Shown one piece after another: positions 44,140 to 53,808 of a DNA stretch of 64,000 bases (its first letter is position 1; the number at the start of each line of letters is the position of its first letter). The notes below the pieces were generated by a model. That model worked only from the letters and a program-made list of their open reading frames with translations, searched no databases and was not told the DNA's origin. Both the position numbers and the translations under genes were made by a program. This DNA comes from Nitrosopumilus sp. (lineage in GTDB: Archaea; Thermoproteota; Nitrososphaeria; Nitrososphaerales; Nitrosopumilaceae). The DNA lies in assembly GCA_029862085.1 (NCBI GenBank), contig JAOTXZ010000005.1, positions 3,751 through 67,750 of the forward strand, in the 5' to 3' direction.

Positions 44140-45087
44140 TTATTTTTGCTCATAAATTTTGATTGCAGATGGTGGACAAACACCTTCACAAGCAAGACAG
44201 AAAATACAATCTGGTTCTTTGGACATTAATGGTTTTTTATCAGAAGCAACATTTCCTGGAGTGTCAAACCACTCGTAAACACCTACAGGACATGCTTCGA
44301 TACATCCACCGTCTGCAATACAAATATCATAATCCACAGATACAAATTCTCCCCATACTCCCATTTGTTTATTATCGCCACCTCGTCTTCCCCATGTTTT
44401 AATGGAATATCCTGAGGCATTGTATGACGAGGTTGCCTTCATTTTGGATTTATAATCAACATCAATTGGACCAGCTTTAGGACCATCAAGAACAGGAATA
44501 TCGGCTCCACCGTCATCACCGGCTACTTCTTCTACTGGTTTTGGTTTTGGTTTGGCATCAAGTACAATTTTTGCCAAGGGAGTCATTTCTTCTAATTTTT
44601 GAATAGCGTTTAGTTCAGTTATTTTTTCATCTTTGATAAGAAAATCAATCATTTTATCTGCTAAAATTGTATTACGTAAAATTGTATCAATAATCATTTT
44701 TGCAAAATGATCTGCTTTTTTTCTATAATCTTTAACCCATTGAGGGTCTCCAAATTTTTCAATTGGGAAAATTTGATAGATAATATCAACTACCTCTCCA
44801 GTGACAATTTCTACCGTCACAGACAATTCAACTTCCTCATATCCCTTGGCATCAGGATCCTTCATGTTTTGTTCCATCCAACGATAGGTTGCAAAAATTC
44901 TATCAGCATATGCATCCATTTCAAAAGCCTTTTTCATTCCATCATGGACAGATTTGATATCCTCTGGATCTTCGAGATTAATTGGTAACCTGTATAATCC
45001 TAATTTGAAACCATGAAGAGGATATACACCACGCTTTGCAGTAGCTGCCTCCATAGACCAAACTCTATCTTTTAGAAGTAATGACAT
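44140..45087 (-). CDS. fusion protein: unknown N-terminal domain plus 7Fe-type dicluster ferredoxin domain
   Basis: C-terminal CIADGGCIEACP (C-x2-D-x2-C-x3-CP, 3Fe-4S type) and CIFCLACEGVCP (4Fe-4S). A Pro/Lys/Gly linker precedes them. Confidence 0.8.
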   Translation of the reverse strand: MSLLLKDRVWSMEAATAKRGVYPLHGFKLGLYRLPINLEDPEDIKSVHDGMKKAFEMDAYADRIFATYRWMEQNMKDPDAKGYEEVELSVTVEIVTGEVVDIIYQIFPIEKFGDPQWVKDYRKKADHFAKMIIDTILRNTILADKMIDFLIKDEKITELNAIQKLEEMTPLAKIVLDAKPKPKPVEEVAGDDGGADIPVLDGPKAGPIDVDYKSKMKATSSYNASGYSIKTWGRRGGDNKQMGVWGEFVSVDYDICIADGGCIEACPVGVYEWFDTPGNVASDKKPLMSKEPDCIFCLACEGVCPPSAIKIYEQK

Positions 45088-45124
45088 TTAGTTTCAATAA
45101 ACTAGATTTATTTAAAAAGGTTAT

Positions 45125-45433
45125 CTAGTCGTCGTCTGGGCACGTAAGTTCACGGAGTTTGGTGTATTTTTCTTCCATAGTCTCAGCATATTCTGTGACT
45201 TTATTTAGATCAAATTGATTTTTTGAAAAATACCAACGAATTGGCACCCAATGGCCAATTCCATCCATATCATGAATCATTCCTTTATCTGCCTTGACAT
45301 TTAATTTTTCTTCAATGGAGGTTTCCTTTATTGTAAGACCTCTTTTGGTTTTATCCTCCAACACGAAATCTGAATCTCCATCTTTGATAAAATAAAATGA
45401 ACCCTTCTTTAAAATGGGAAGGTCTAAAAGCAA
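45125..45433 (-). CDS. hypothetical protein between rhodanese and ferredoxin-fusion genes
   Basis: 102 aa. Starts 1 nt after the rhodanese stop codon. Confidence 0.5.
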   Translation of the reverse strand: MLLDLPILKKGSFYFIKDGDSDFVLEDKTKRGLTIKETSIEEKLNVKADKGMIHDMDGIGHWVPIRWYFSKNQFDLNKVTEYAETMEEKYTKLRELTCPDDD

Positions 45434-45434
45434 T

Positions 45435-46322
45435 TTATTTTTCCACGGGGTTTCCTATCATGTTTCCCCATTCAGTCCATGAACCGTCATAGTTTCGAAC
45501 TTTGGAATATCCTAGGAGATACTTTAGAACAAACCAACTGTGAGATGATCTCTCTCCAATCCTGCAATAACAAATAACATCTTTATCGGGAGTAACTCCT
45601 TTTGGTTCATAATTTTGTTTTAACTCATCAGCTGATTTGAAGGTGCCATCTGAATCATTAACTGCAGTCGCCCACGGAATGTTGTTTGCACCAGGAATAT
45701 GTCCTCCTCGTTGCGCATGTTCCATTGGATATTCAGGTGGAGCAGTTATCTCTCCTGTAAATTCTGCCGGAGATCGTACATCGACCATAACTGTATCTTC
45801 CTTGTCCAAAGCTCGGCTTACGTCAAACAAATAAGCTCGAAGTCCCTCATCTGGAGGTTGTGCAATGTAAGCGGTCCTCTGAAGTTGTGGCTCATCAGTA
45901 GTGTATTCTTTATTTTCTAATTCCCATTTTTTTCTTCCACCGTTCATAATTTTGAGATTCTCATGTCCGTATATTTTGAAAACCCAAAAAACAAATGCTG
46001 CAAACCAATTGTTAAAATCACCATAAAGAATTACTTCGGTATCAGCAGTAATTCCATTTTTTGACATTAATTCTTCAAATTGTTTTTTGCTAATAATGTC
46101 TCTAGTTACAGGATCATTGATATCTCTCTTCCACCAAATCAAGCTTGCATTTTTAATATGTCCTTTTTGATATCCATTAACTGGATCATAATCAACTTCA
46201 ACTAATTTTCTACTTTCATTAGGGGGATTTTGGGACATCCATTCTGTATCAACTAAAACCTCAGGGTGTGCGTAATTCATAATATTTTTTGAATTTGGTT
46301 TCCTACTTAATTGTTTTTCCAA
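45435..46322 (-). CDS. two-domain rhodanese sulfurtransferase (thiosulfate/3-mercaptopyruvate type)
   Basis: Tandem rhodanese domains. Active-site loop CYCRIGERSS. Confidence 0.9.
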   Translation of the reverse strand: MEKQLSRKPNSKNIMNYAHPEVLVDTEWMSQNPPNESRKLVEVDYDPVNGYQKGHIKNASLIWWKRDINDPVTRDIISKKQFEELMSKNGITADTEVILYGDFNNWFAAFVFWVFKIYGHENLKIMNGGRKKWELENKEYTTDEPQLQRTAYIAQPPDEGLRAYLFDVSRALDKEDTVMVDVRSPAEFTGEITAPPEYPMEHAQRGGHIPGANNIPWATAVNDSDGTFKSADELKQNYEPKGVTPDKDVICYCRIGERSSHSWFVLKYLLGYSKVRNYDGSWTEWGNMIGNPVEK

Positions 46323-46371
46323 GAGACCTTAAAAATATCATTTTTAAGTAAATAAAATTCAGAAGAACTGC

Positions 46372-47187
46372 TTGAAACTAAACAAAGTTGGAATTGTTAG
46401 CAAGGTAGGTTCAAAAGAATCTGAAAAAACGGCAAAAAATGTTGCAAAAAAATTCCTGGCAAAAAAATCCAAGGTTTACACTATTGCACCAATTATAGTA
46501 GAAGGCGCTAAAACAATTCAATCACTACAAGAATTAAAAAAAGAAAAACTAGATCTGGTGGTAACTCTAGGAGGGGATGGAACTACACTTAGGGTTTTTC
46601 GACACCTAGAAAATGAAACTCCTATTCTAACCATAAATGTGGGTGGAAATAGAGGAATACTTGCAGAAATCACCATTAATGAAATAGATAATGCTATTAA
46701 CCAAATTTTAAAAGGAAATTTCTTTTTAGATAAAAGAACAAGAGTCGTTGCTTCTTGTGGTGGTAAAGAATTTCCACCAGCACTTAATGAAATTTACATC
46801 AACAGGACAAATCTCACAAAAACAGCTGAAATTGAAATTAAATTTCAAAATGATACTGTTAAGCAAAAAATGGATGGTGTAATCATTGCCACTCCAAGTG
46901 GTTCAACAGGTCATTCCTTTTCTTTGGGGGGACCAATCTTACATGAAAGCCTCGATGTTCTCATAATTACTCCTGTAGCTCCCGTGTATAGACTAGAATC
47001 AATTGTAGTGCCAGATGAGAAAATAGAAATAATATCATCTCATGATTGTAACATAGTTATGGATGCACAGGTTGTAAAATCTGCAGGGTATGAAGAACCT
47101 ATCGTTATTAAAAAATACAAAAAACCAGCGGTCTTTGTTAGATTAAAGAAAAGAGGCCTAAGACAGATGAGTAAACTTGGATTTTAG
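46372..47187 (+). CDS. nadK: NAD kinase
   Basis: DLVVTLGGDGTTLR motif and C-terminal ATPSGSTGHSFSLGGP. Confidence 0.9.
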   Translation: MKLNKVGIVSKVGSKESEKTAKNVAKKFLAKKSKVYTIAPIIVEGAKTIQSLQELKKEKLDLVVTLGGDGTTLRVFRHLENETPILTINVGGNRGILAEITINEIDNAINQILKGNFFLDKRTRVVASCGGKEFPPALNEIYINRTNLTKTAEIEIKFQNDTVKQKMDGVIIATPSGSTGHSFSLGGPILHESLDVLIITPVAPVYRLESIVVPDEKIEIISSHDCNIVMDAQVVKSAGYEEPIVIKKYKKPAVFVRLKKRGLRQMSKLGF

Positions 47188-47683
47188 AATTTTAGACGCT
47201 AGTGCATTCTATGCAGGAATTCCTTTTGGGAGTTCTAATGATTGTTACACAACCTCCCTTGTATATGATGAAATAAAGCATATCAAGAAAAATCAGGAAG
47301 TTCTAGAGACATTATTAGAAACTAATAGATTAAAAATCAGAGATCCCGATAAGAAATCTACGATTGCGGCAATTAATGCCTCTAAGAATACAGGAGATTA
47401 CCAACAATTATCAAAACAGGATTTATCAATTATTGCATTGTGTATAGATCTTAGTGGTCAATTAATTACAGATGATTTTGCAATTTCTAATGTTGCAAAA
47501 AATCTAGGGTTAAAGATATCGCCCGTTATGACTAGTGGTATCAAAGACGTTGGAAAATGGGTACACTACTGTCCAGGTTGTCATTCTAGTCATAGAAATG
47601 GCAAAGAATGTCCAAAGTGTGGGACTTCCCTAAAAAGAAAATTACTCAAGGGGGAAGCCTCTACCGTGCCACTCAACAAATGA
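47177..47683 (+). CDS. nob1: Nob1-like PIN-domain endonuclease with zinc ribbon
   Basis: N-terminal ILDASAFYAG PIN start, acidic residues (TDDFA), C-terminal CPGC...CPKC ribbon. Confidence 0.72.
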   Translation: MDFRILDASAFYAGIPFGSSNDCYTTSLVYDEIKHIKKNQEVLETLLETNRLKIRDPDKKSTIAAINASKNTGDYQQLSKQDLSIIALCIDLSGQLITDDFAISNVAKNLGLKISPVMTSGIKDVGKWVHYCPGCHSSHRNGKECPKCGTSLKRKLLKGEASTVPLNK

Positions 47684-48403
47684 GCCATCATATAGCTTTA
47701 TTTTTTCATATCCAGATATGAGAAGTTGGAAAAAAAGGCTAGATGCTCTGTGTCCATGCATACAATAACAAACAATTTCAGAGTCTTTGGAAATATTGTT
47801 CTGAGAAAAAATTTTTTCTAAAAGATCTTTTTCTTGGAATAATTTTCCAGCATAATTGATACCTTCCGTAAAAGGAATTAATTTAGAATTTGGCAAGTGA
47901 CCCATCATAAATTCTTGAGGTGTTCGAGCATCTACAATTACAAATTTGTTTAAATTTTCTTTTAGATTATCAGATTCTATTCTTATTTTAGAATTAATAT
48001 TAGAAGTAAAAAATAATGATTGTGGAGAAAATATTTTTCTTGTAAAATCAAATCCTTTTGCTGAAAGTTCAGAAATATTAGCATTGAGGAGACAAGTTTT
48101 TTCATGACCAAAATATAACAGAGTCCACGCAATTCTAGCCGAAGAAGGATCCATCGAATCACCAATAACTAGCACAGTTTTTGTTTCATCAATCCCCAGA
48201 GAACCAAATAATAAAGATATTTTTTCTTCTTCACCAACTAAATTGGAACCATATTGATCGAACTTGATTACCTGTTCTATTGTCAATGATTGTGCTTGTT
48301 CCAAGTGACCATAAAGAAACATTGTTTTTGGTCTAGTATCCAAAATTACCAAATTTGGATCAGACAGATTATTTTTTAGCCATTCTGGTGAAACTAACAT
48401 CAA
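47642..48403 (-). CDS. two-domain rhodanese-like sulfurtransferase
   Basis: Tandem rhodanese pattern. Active-site loop CYCMHGHRAS. Confidence 0.85.
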   Translation of the reverse strand: MMLVSPEWLKNNLSDPNLVILDTRPKTMFLYGHLEQAQSLTIEQVIKFDQYGSNLVGEEEKISLLFGSLGIDETKTVLVIGDSMDPSSARIAWTLLYFGHEKTCLLNANISELSAKGFDFTRKIFSPQSLFFTSNINSKIRIESDNLKENLNKFVIVDARTPQEFMMGHLPNSKLIPFTEGINYAGKLFQEKDLLEKIFSQNNISKDSEIVCYCMHGHRASSLFFQLLISGYEKIKLYDGSFVEWHGRGFPLE

Positions 48404-48434
48404 TGAATCAAATTTTTTAATTTATTTAATAGTA

Positions 48435-49124
48435 TTATGAATCGTGTAATGTTTTTTGGTTTGATTTTTTAAGGAATTTACTTTGAGATTCCAGCATTTT
48501 CTTTATTTTTTTTGAACGTGCTTCCCCTAATCCTTCAACTTTAGAAAGTTCTGAGCTAGTAGCGTTTAGAACCTTTAGGGGAGAACCAAATTTTTCTAAC
48601 ATTCGAATGGCAAATTTTTCTCCCACTCCTGGAAGACTGCATAGAGAAGAGAGTTGTTGTTTTTCTAAGTCATTTGATTTTCTAATTTTTTTCAAAAAGG
48701 GGCCCTTTGGAGAATCTTTTCTAGAGCACATCGATACTAGTAATTTTGCTGTATGAGTTGCACTAGGAGTAGGAATGATTGGGATTTTAAAATCCATCAC
48801 CACAGTGGATAAGGCACCGTAAAATACAAGAGGATTTTCGGCAATCTCTTCGATTTCATCAACGTTTCCTTCCATGAGAACGACGGGAAATTCAAAATTT
48901 TCCTTTAACCTTGTGCATTGATCAAACAATCTACCATCAAATATAGAAGACAACAAATCCCGAATACTTTTTCTTTCCACAATGGTTTCAGGAGCCACTA
49001 TGTAATCTCCAATTGGAAGAGTTTTCATTTCAACATTAAGACCAATTGATTTAAGGAGATCAGGTATTCCACTTTTTCTTTCTCGTTCATCTACAACTAT
49101 TCTTAGATTTTCTAATTTCACCAA
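48435..49124 (-). CDS. xpf: short-form XPF/ERCC4 structure-specific nuclease with HhH2
   Basis: VVDERE...GDYIV...VERKSIRDL ERCC4 signature. C-terminal LPGVGEKFA...VEGLGEARS helix-hairpin-helix pair. Confidence 0.85.
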   Translation of the reverse strand: MVKLENLRIVVDERERKSGIPDLLKSIGLNVEMKTLPIGDYIVAPETIVERKSIRDLLSSIFDGRLFDQCTRLKENFEFPVVLMEGNVDEIEEIAENPLVFYGALSTVVMDFKIPIIPTPSATHTAKLLVSMCSRKDSPKGPFLKKIRKSNDLEKQQLSSLCSLPGVGEKFAIRMLEKFGSPLKVLNATSSELSKVEGLGEARSKKIKKMLESQSKFLKKSNQKTLHDS

Positions 49125-49174
49125 TTCTAATTCCAGTAATTTGTTAATATCTTATTTGAAATTATTTTAGATTC

Positions 49175-49585
49175 CTATTTTCGTGGATTCTCAGGAGGTG
49201 GGCTTCCTTCTGACATTGTTGCGCCTCCAGGGGAAGATCCACTTTTCATCAGTTCAGTAATTTTTGCTTCTTGTTCTTTTAAGTTCTCTTTTAGTCTAGA
49301 TTCCTGCTTTTCAAGTACAGTGGAACGAGTTTTAGTAAGTTCTTTTTTCTCTTCAAGCTCATCGATTAGTTCTTTTTTTGTAGATTTTATCAAAATGGAA
49401 CCGGCGTGTTTATACACCATATCATTTTCTGAAGCCTTTCTTAGTTCTTCAAGGGATTTATCAGTCTCAATTTTTTCCATTTCAATTTGTTGTTTTTGCT
49501 GCATTATAGCTTGGAGATTTTGTTGAGATTGCTGCATTTTCATTAATTGCTCTTGAAGCCACGGAGGCATTTGTCCAGCAGACAT
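49175..49585 (-). CDS. pfdB: prefoldin beta subunit
   Basis: Coiled coil-hairpin-coiled coil layout (QQNLQAIMQQKQQIE...VYKHAGSILIK...). Low-complexity C-terminal tail. Confidence 0.8.
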   Translation of the reverse strand: MSAGQMPPWLQEQLMKMQQSQQNLQAIMQQKQQIEMEKIETDKSLEELRKASENDMVYKHAGSILIKSTKKELIDELEEKKELTKTRSTVLEKQESRLKENLKEQEAKITELMKSGSSPGGATMSEGSPPPENPRK

Positions 49586-49634
49586 GTTATTTTATGGATT
49601 TTAATTTCATTATATCTTTACCGGATGAAATACA

Positions 49635-50294
49635 TCATTTAGCATAGAATTGATCTAATCTTTGTTCAAGTAAATTCAGGTATTCATCAGGATTTTTCAT
49701 AAATTCCATACGAGTGTTTTTTTCACTTGAAACAAGAATTACGATTTGCTCTACCTTAATTCCCGTAAGTTCTTTGAACATGACCCCATATGATGTGGCT
49801 TGAATAAAATGATCAGTAAGCCATTCCTCTCTTTGATTACTTCGTTTGGTTTTGTAATCAATTACAGATAATTTTCCATCATATTTTGCTATACAATCAG
49901 AGGTTCCGGCAAGCTTCATTTTGTCGCTATACAACCTTAATTCAATACCGTGAATATCATTAATTTTATTTACAAAAGGAAGGAGATTGTTAAAATGAGC
50001 CTCAGATAACAAATGGGATTTTTCCAAAATGTCCTTTCCATTTAGATAGTTTTCAATTAACTCATGTGTTTCAGAACCAACAATAGCTGCCTGCTGAGTT
50101 ATGTATTCTGCGGCAATTTCTTGTTCCTTCCAATTTTGTAAGCTTTGTTGTTTTTCTAGACTTTGAGTTTGTTGTAACATCGTCGTAATTGAGGGATAGA
50201 TTACACCACTTGGTGTTTGATAATAGTGTGCATTGTCTTTTTCAATAAGTTCTGATTGTGTGAAATTTACCGGTATGTGATTGAATTTGTTCAT
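49635..50294 (-). CDS. PD-(D/E)xK-superfamily nuclease (RecB/Cas4-like core, no Fe-S cysteines)
   Basis: GSETHELIE, GTSDCIAKYDGKLSVIDYKT (D...D-x-K) and a QATSYGVMF (QxxxY-like) motif. Confidence 0.55.
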   Translation of the reverse strand: MNKFNHIPVNFTQSELIEKDNAHYYQTPSGVIYPSITTMLQQTQSLEKQQSLQNWKEQEIAAEYITQQAAIVGSETHELIENYLNGKDILEKSHLLSEAHFNNLLPFVNKINDIHGIELRLYSDKMKLAGTSDCIAKYDGKLSVIDYKTKRSNQREEWLTDHFIQATSYGVMFKELTGIKVEQIVILVSSEKNTRMEFMKNPDEYLNLLEQRLDQFYAK

Positions 50295-50356
50295 CGATTA
50301 TCCTTCTCTTTCTGAATATTATATTTTAAAAAATTTCTACCATCAAGATTCCAAAA

Positions 50357-50620
50357 TTATGAATCATTAACAGATTCTATTGTATCATAGCTAGCTTGAA
50401 TTAATCGTAAGCTGGAATTTAGATTTGCTCTAAGATGAGGAATATGTTTTGATTCAATTGAAATTTCAATTTTATCTTTTAACTTCATATTGGTGTTGGT
50501 TGGATTTTCTGGGTAGAATTTATTATCTGTGTTTATAGAATCGAAAATTGCCTTTGTTTTTTCTTTAGCATCTACAATAATTTTTGCACTAAAGTTTAAC
50601 GTCATATGCTGTTCCAGCAA
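50357..50620 (-). CDS. pcc1: KEOPS subunit Pcc1-like protein
   Basis: 87 aa. ...HLRANLNSSLRLIQASYDTIE resembles the Pcc1 C-terminal helix. Position beside L37ae in the exosome superoperon is typical. Confidence 0.6.
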   Translation of the reverse strand: MLEQHMTLNFSAKIIVDAKEKTKAIFDSINTDNKFYPENPTNTNMKLKDKIEISIESKHIPHLRANLNSSLRLIQASYDTIESVNDS

Positions 50621-50798
50621 CCTTGAAATTACATTTTTTGCAAGACCAAATACCTACTGCATCCCTACCAAATTGTTTTGAACCACATTCCGGACAAGTT
50701 CTTTTTTCCTTTAGTTGTAGATGAATTTTTGTATATTGCTTTCTAAGTTTAATTCCGTATCTAGCACCAAGGCCCTTTAGAGATTTTTTCTTGGCCAT
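50589..50798 (-). CDS. rpl37ae: 50S ribosomal protein L37Ae (eL43)
   Basis: GLGARYGIKLRKQ and zinc ribbon CPECGSK...CKKC. Confidence 0.92.
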   Translation of the reverse strand: MAKKKSLKGLGARYGIKLRKQYTKIHLQLKEKRTCPECGSKQFGRDAVGIWSCKKCNFKVAGTAYDVKL

Positions 50799-50802
50799 TT
50801 TA

Positions 50803-51615
50803 TTAACTGCCTTTTGCTGCTTGCTTTAAAGTTTCTCTAATTTGTGCCCCTTGTTTAATAGAAAGATCACCACATTTGATAATTTCATCAATAGTAAATC
50901 CATCAGAACCACCTTTTTGCATTGCAATTATGTTTCCTTCTGAATCAGTTGTAATTGTAACTCTGCAATCCATTGCACTCCATTCATCGGAGTTTGGATC
51001 GACGATAATATGATTTCCAATTTTTGCCATTGTGATAGAGACAGGGATTGTGGTTGTGGGTAAATCAGTTTCTGCCCCTTCTACAAGGGTTGGTACATCA
51101 TCAACCATCTCCCATTTCGGGGTTTTTGAATTAAGAAGGGCAGCTGTTGCAGCATAGGAGCAGGCATCAAAGAGATTTCCATCATAGTCCACAACTACAA
51201 TATCTGCAAAAACGCCTACAACTGATTTGTTTTTTTCAATTACTAATTGAGATACGTCAACCATATGACTTTCTCTAATTCCTCTATCAACTACTCTTGC
51301 TAATTCGATAACATCTGGACCTGGCGGACCAGTCTCAACACTTGGATGAGATAACGGTAAAAGTTCTGCAGTGCAAATAAAAATTCCTTTATCTCCCATA
51401 TCTGGAAATGGTCTATCAGGTTGAATTTTCACTCCACAAACTGCTTCAGTATCTCCTAGCCTAACCCTTGCTGAACCGTTTGCTTTTGGAATTGCATTAA
51501 TTTCAACTACTAGTTTTCTTGATTCATCTAAGGCTCTACCATCGATTCTTTTTCCTTGCTCTAGGAGTTCTAAAATTTGTGATCTTTTTAGGTCATCAAT
51601 AACAGATTGTGTCAT
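50803..51615 (-). CDS. rrp42: exosome complex subunit Rrp42 (RNase PH-like, inactive ring subunit)
   Basis: 270 aa. RIDGRALDESR and NGSARVRLGDTEAVCGV pattern. Confidence 0.9.
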   Translation of the reverse strand: MTQSVIDDLKRSQILELLEQGKRIDGRALDESRKLVVEINAIPKANGSARVRLGDTEAVCGVKIQPDRPFPDMGDKGIFICTAELLPLSHPSVETGPPGPDVIELARVVDRGIRESHMVDVSQLVIEKNKSVVGVFADIVVVDYDGNLFDACSYAATAALLNSKTPKWEMVDDVPTLVEGAETDLPTTTIPVSITMAKIGNHIIVDPNSDEWSAMDCRVTITTDSEGNIIAMQKGGSDGFTIDEIIKCGDLSIKQGAQIRETLKQAAKGS

Positions 51616-52353
51616 TTATTGATCCCTTCCATTTTGAAAATATTTGTCTGCCAATGCTTTCTTTTGGAGTTCGTAAACTATCTTGCAGCCATTAACCCCT
51701 GTTTCAACACATTTCTTAAATTCTTCAGGGCTCAGAACTCCATCTAATTGTAAAAGAGTTATTTTTTCAAGATTTGGCATATACCCAATTGGCATATCTG
51801 CTTGGCCTGCTTGATCTTCTTCATTATTTACATCAAGAATAATAGTATCGGCTGCTTTCCCAGAGGCACAAGCAGCAACCATATCTCGCATAGGTATTCC
51901 GGCATCAGCTAAAGCAACTGATGCAGCAGCTAGGGCGGCACAACGTGTACCTCCATCTGCTTGAAGAACCTCGATGAAAACATCAACGGCAGTTCTTGGG
52001 AATTTTTCTAGTATTACTGCAGGCAATAATGCCTCCTTGATTACTTTGGAAATTTCAATTTCTCTTCTGGAAGGAGCAGGGTTCTTTCTCTCTCCAACTG
52101 AGAAAGGCTCCATATGATATCTTACTCGTAAAATACCAGTATCTGTTCTAGACATATGTTTTGGATGAACATCTCTTGGACCGAAAACTCCAACAAGAAT
52201 TTTGTTGTCTCCAAATTCAATATATGCTGAACCGTCAGCATTTTTTAGACCGCCTGCTTTTATCATTATTCGTCTTGGTTCGTCAATTTTTCTACCATCA
52301 CAACGAATTCCATTTTCATCTAACAATACAAGAGTGCTTTCTCGTCCACCCAT
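51616..52353 (-). CDS. rrp41: exosome complex exonuclease Rrp41
   Basis: RCDGRKIDEPR, ADGSAYIEFGDNKILVGVFGP and DGGTRCAA motifs. Confidence 0.93.
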   Translation of the reverse strand: MGGRESTLVLLDENGIRCDGRKIDEPRRIMIKAGGLKNADGSAYIEFGDNKILVGVFGPRDVHPKHMSRTDTGILRVRYHMEPFSVGERKNPAPSRREIEISKVIKEALLPAVILEKFPRTAVDVFIEVLQADGGTRCAALAAASVALADAGIPMRDMVAACASGKAADTIILDVNNEEDQAGQADMPIGYMPNLEKITLLQLDGVLSPEEFKKCVETGVNGCKIVYELQKKALADKYFQNGRDQ

Positions 52354-53033
52354 TATGATTCACCTTTTGATTCTAACATATCCTTCACTTGATCAGTAAG
52401 ATTTGCAACATGTGCGTATTCATCGACCATTTGTATGGCTTTTTTAGCCTTTAATAATCCCTCGGGATTTTCACAAGAAACTACTACCCATCCATTTTGT
52501 CCAATGGTAATTACGGCGTTAGTTGCCGTTTCAATCATCTGAATCATAGTACCTCTTTTTCCAATTAGTCTTGGAACCTTACTTGGAGAGATTTTTATTA
52601 AGTCTCCAGAGTCTATTTTTCCAAGATCTCTATCAGCTATGGTAATTAACGGATCACGTGTTCTATCAAAATTTGCAATTCTAGTAGCCACTAGATCTCC
52701 GGCTTTTAATTTAGATGTTAGTTCGTCTGCGTGTGCCGAAAAATCACGACCAAAAACATCTGAGGCAGGCAAGAATCCAACATAACAGGAATTGATATCA
52801 AGTTCCCAAGATAAAGAGGTATGAGAAATTACTTTGCCTATAACTAAATCATTAATTTTTGGAAGGTATTTTCCAGTTAGAGAAATTACCTTTGCAGAAT
52901 CATCATAAATTTCAGAAACACCAATTGTGGTAGAAATTATTTTATTTCCTTCAAGAATTACATTTTGCTCTGGTCGGAAAGGGCCTGTTGTAATTACATC
53001 TCCAGGTATTACGTATTTTCGTCTATTATCCAT
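52353..53033 (-). CDS. rrp4: exosome RNA-binding subunit Rrp4 (S1 plus KH)
   Basis: N-terminal VIPGDVI, an S1 domain, and KH motif IGKRGTMIQMIE. 1-nt overlaps on both sides. Confidence 0.9.
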   Translation of the reverse strand: MDNRRKYVIPGDVITTGPFRPEQNVILEGNKIISTTIGVSEIYDDSAKVISLTGKYLPKINDLVIGKVISHTSLSWELDINSCYVGFLPASDVFGRDFSAHADELTSKLKAGDLVATRIANFDRTRDPLITIADRDLGKIDSGDLIKISPSKVPRLIGKRGTMIQMIETATNAVITIGQNGWVVVSCENPEGLLKAKKAIQMVDEYAHVANLTDQVKDMLESKGES

Positions 53034-53719
53034 TATTGAATTACCTCAACTGAAGCAGAACCTTTAGTTATAGAACCTAATCTGTCTATCACGTTTGGCC
53101 TTGCTGCAGCGGGTATTTCAAGTATTGCTTTTAATGAACCATTATTTTGCCATTCTTCATTTTTCAAAGAACCTACGGATTTTAAAACAGCATAAGATTG
53201 GGATGCAAACTGTGCAGGAATTGTTATTTCCAGTGACAAGTTTTCAGATTTTAAAGGAATGATAGAGCGCAGTTTCTCAACGATTTCTTTAACTTGCTCA
53301 TCAATATGTTTTTGAGGCTCTACAGAAATTCGAGCATCCTTCATTGCTTGTTCTATTCTTAATGGCGGATGAGGTAAATGAGTTCTAGGGTCGACATAGG
53401 TTTTTGCAATAAATTCTACTAGTTGTCTTTTTTTCTCCTCTACCATTTTTTTCCTTTGGTCAGTTGTAAGATTAAGATCACCTTTTTGAAGAATTTTATG
53501 TGCAATCTCTCCTGTATCTTCTGTTTGGAAGGCTTTCAGTAATTTTTCTATTGAGGGTTTTGTGCCTTTACTAGAATCCGTGTAAATGTCATCAGATACT
53601 AATACGGATGAAATGTCTTTTTTCTTGCCCAATTTGTATTCTAGGGCAGGGTCAGGTTTAACCAAAATTTCGAATTTTTCTCCTTCAAAGGAATATCTTA
53701 CTACTGTAACTTCAGCCAT
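53033..53719 (-). CDS. sdo1: SBDS-family ribosome maturation protein (Sdo1)
   Basis: VVRYSFEGEKFEILVKPDPALEYK N-terminus typical of the FYSH domain. Confidence 0.9.
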   Translation of the reverse strand: MAEVTVVRYSFEGEKFEILVKPDPALEYKLGKKKDISSVLVSDDIYTDSSKGTKPSIEKLLKAFQTEDTGEIAHKILQKGDLNLTTDQRKKMVEEKKRQLVEFIAKTYVDPRTHLPHPPLRIEQAMKDARISVEPQKHIDEQVKEIVEKLRSIIPLKSENLSLEITIPAQFASQSYAVLKSVGSLKNEEWQNNGSLKAILEIPAAARPNVIDRLGSITKGSASVEVIQ

Positions 53720-53808
53720 GTATGAAATTAGGTATGAAAATTAGCTATTTATCTATGCGTGAAACTAGCTAGATTTTTATTTGGATTTTTAAAATTTTCC
53801 ATTAAGAT

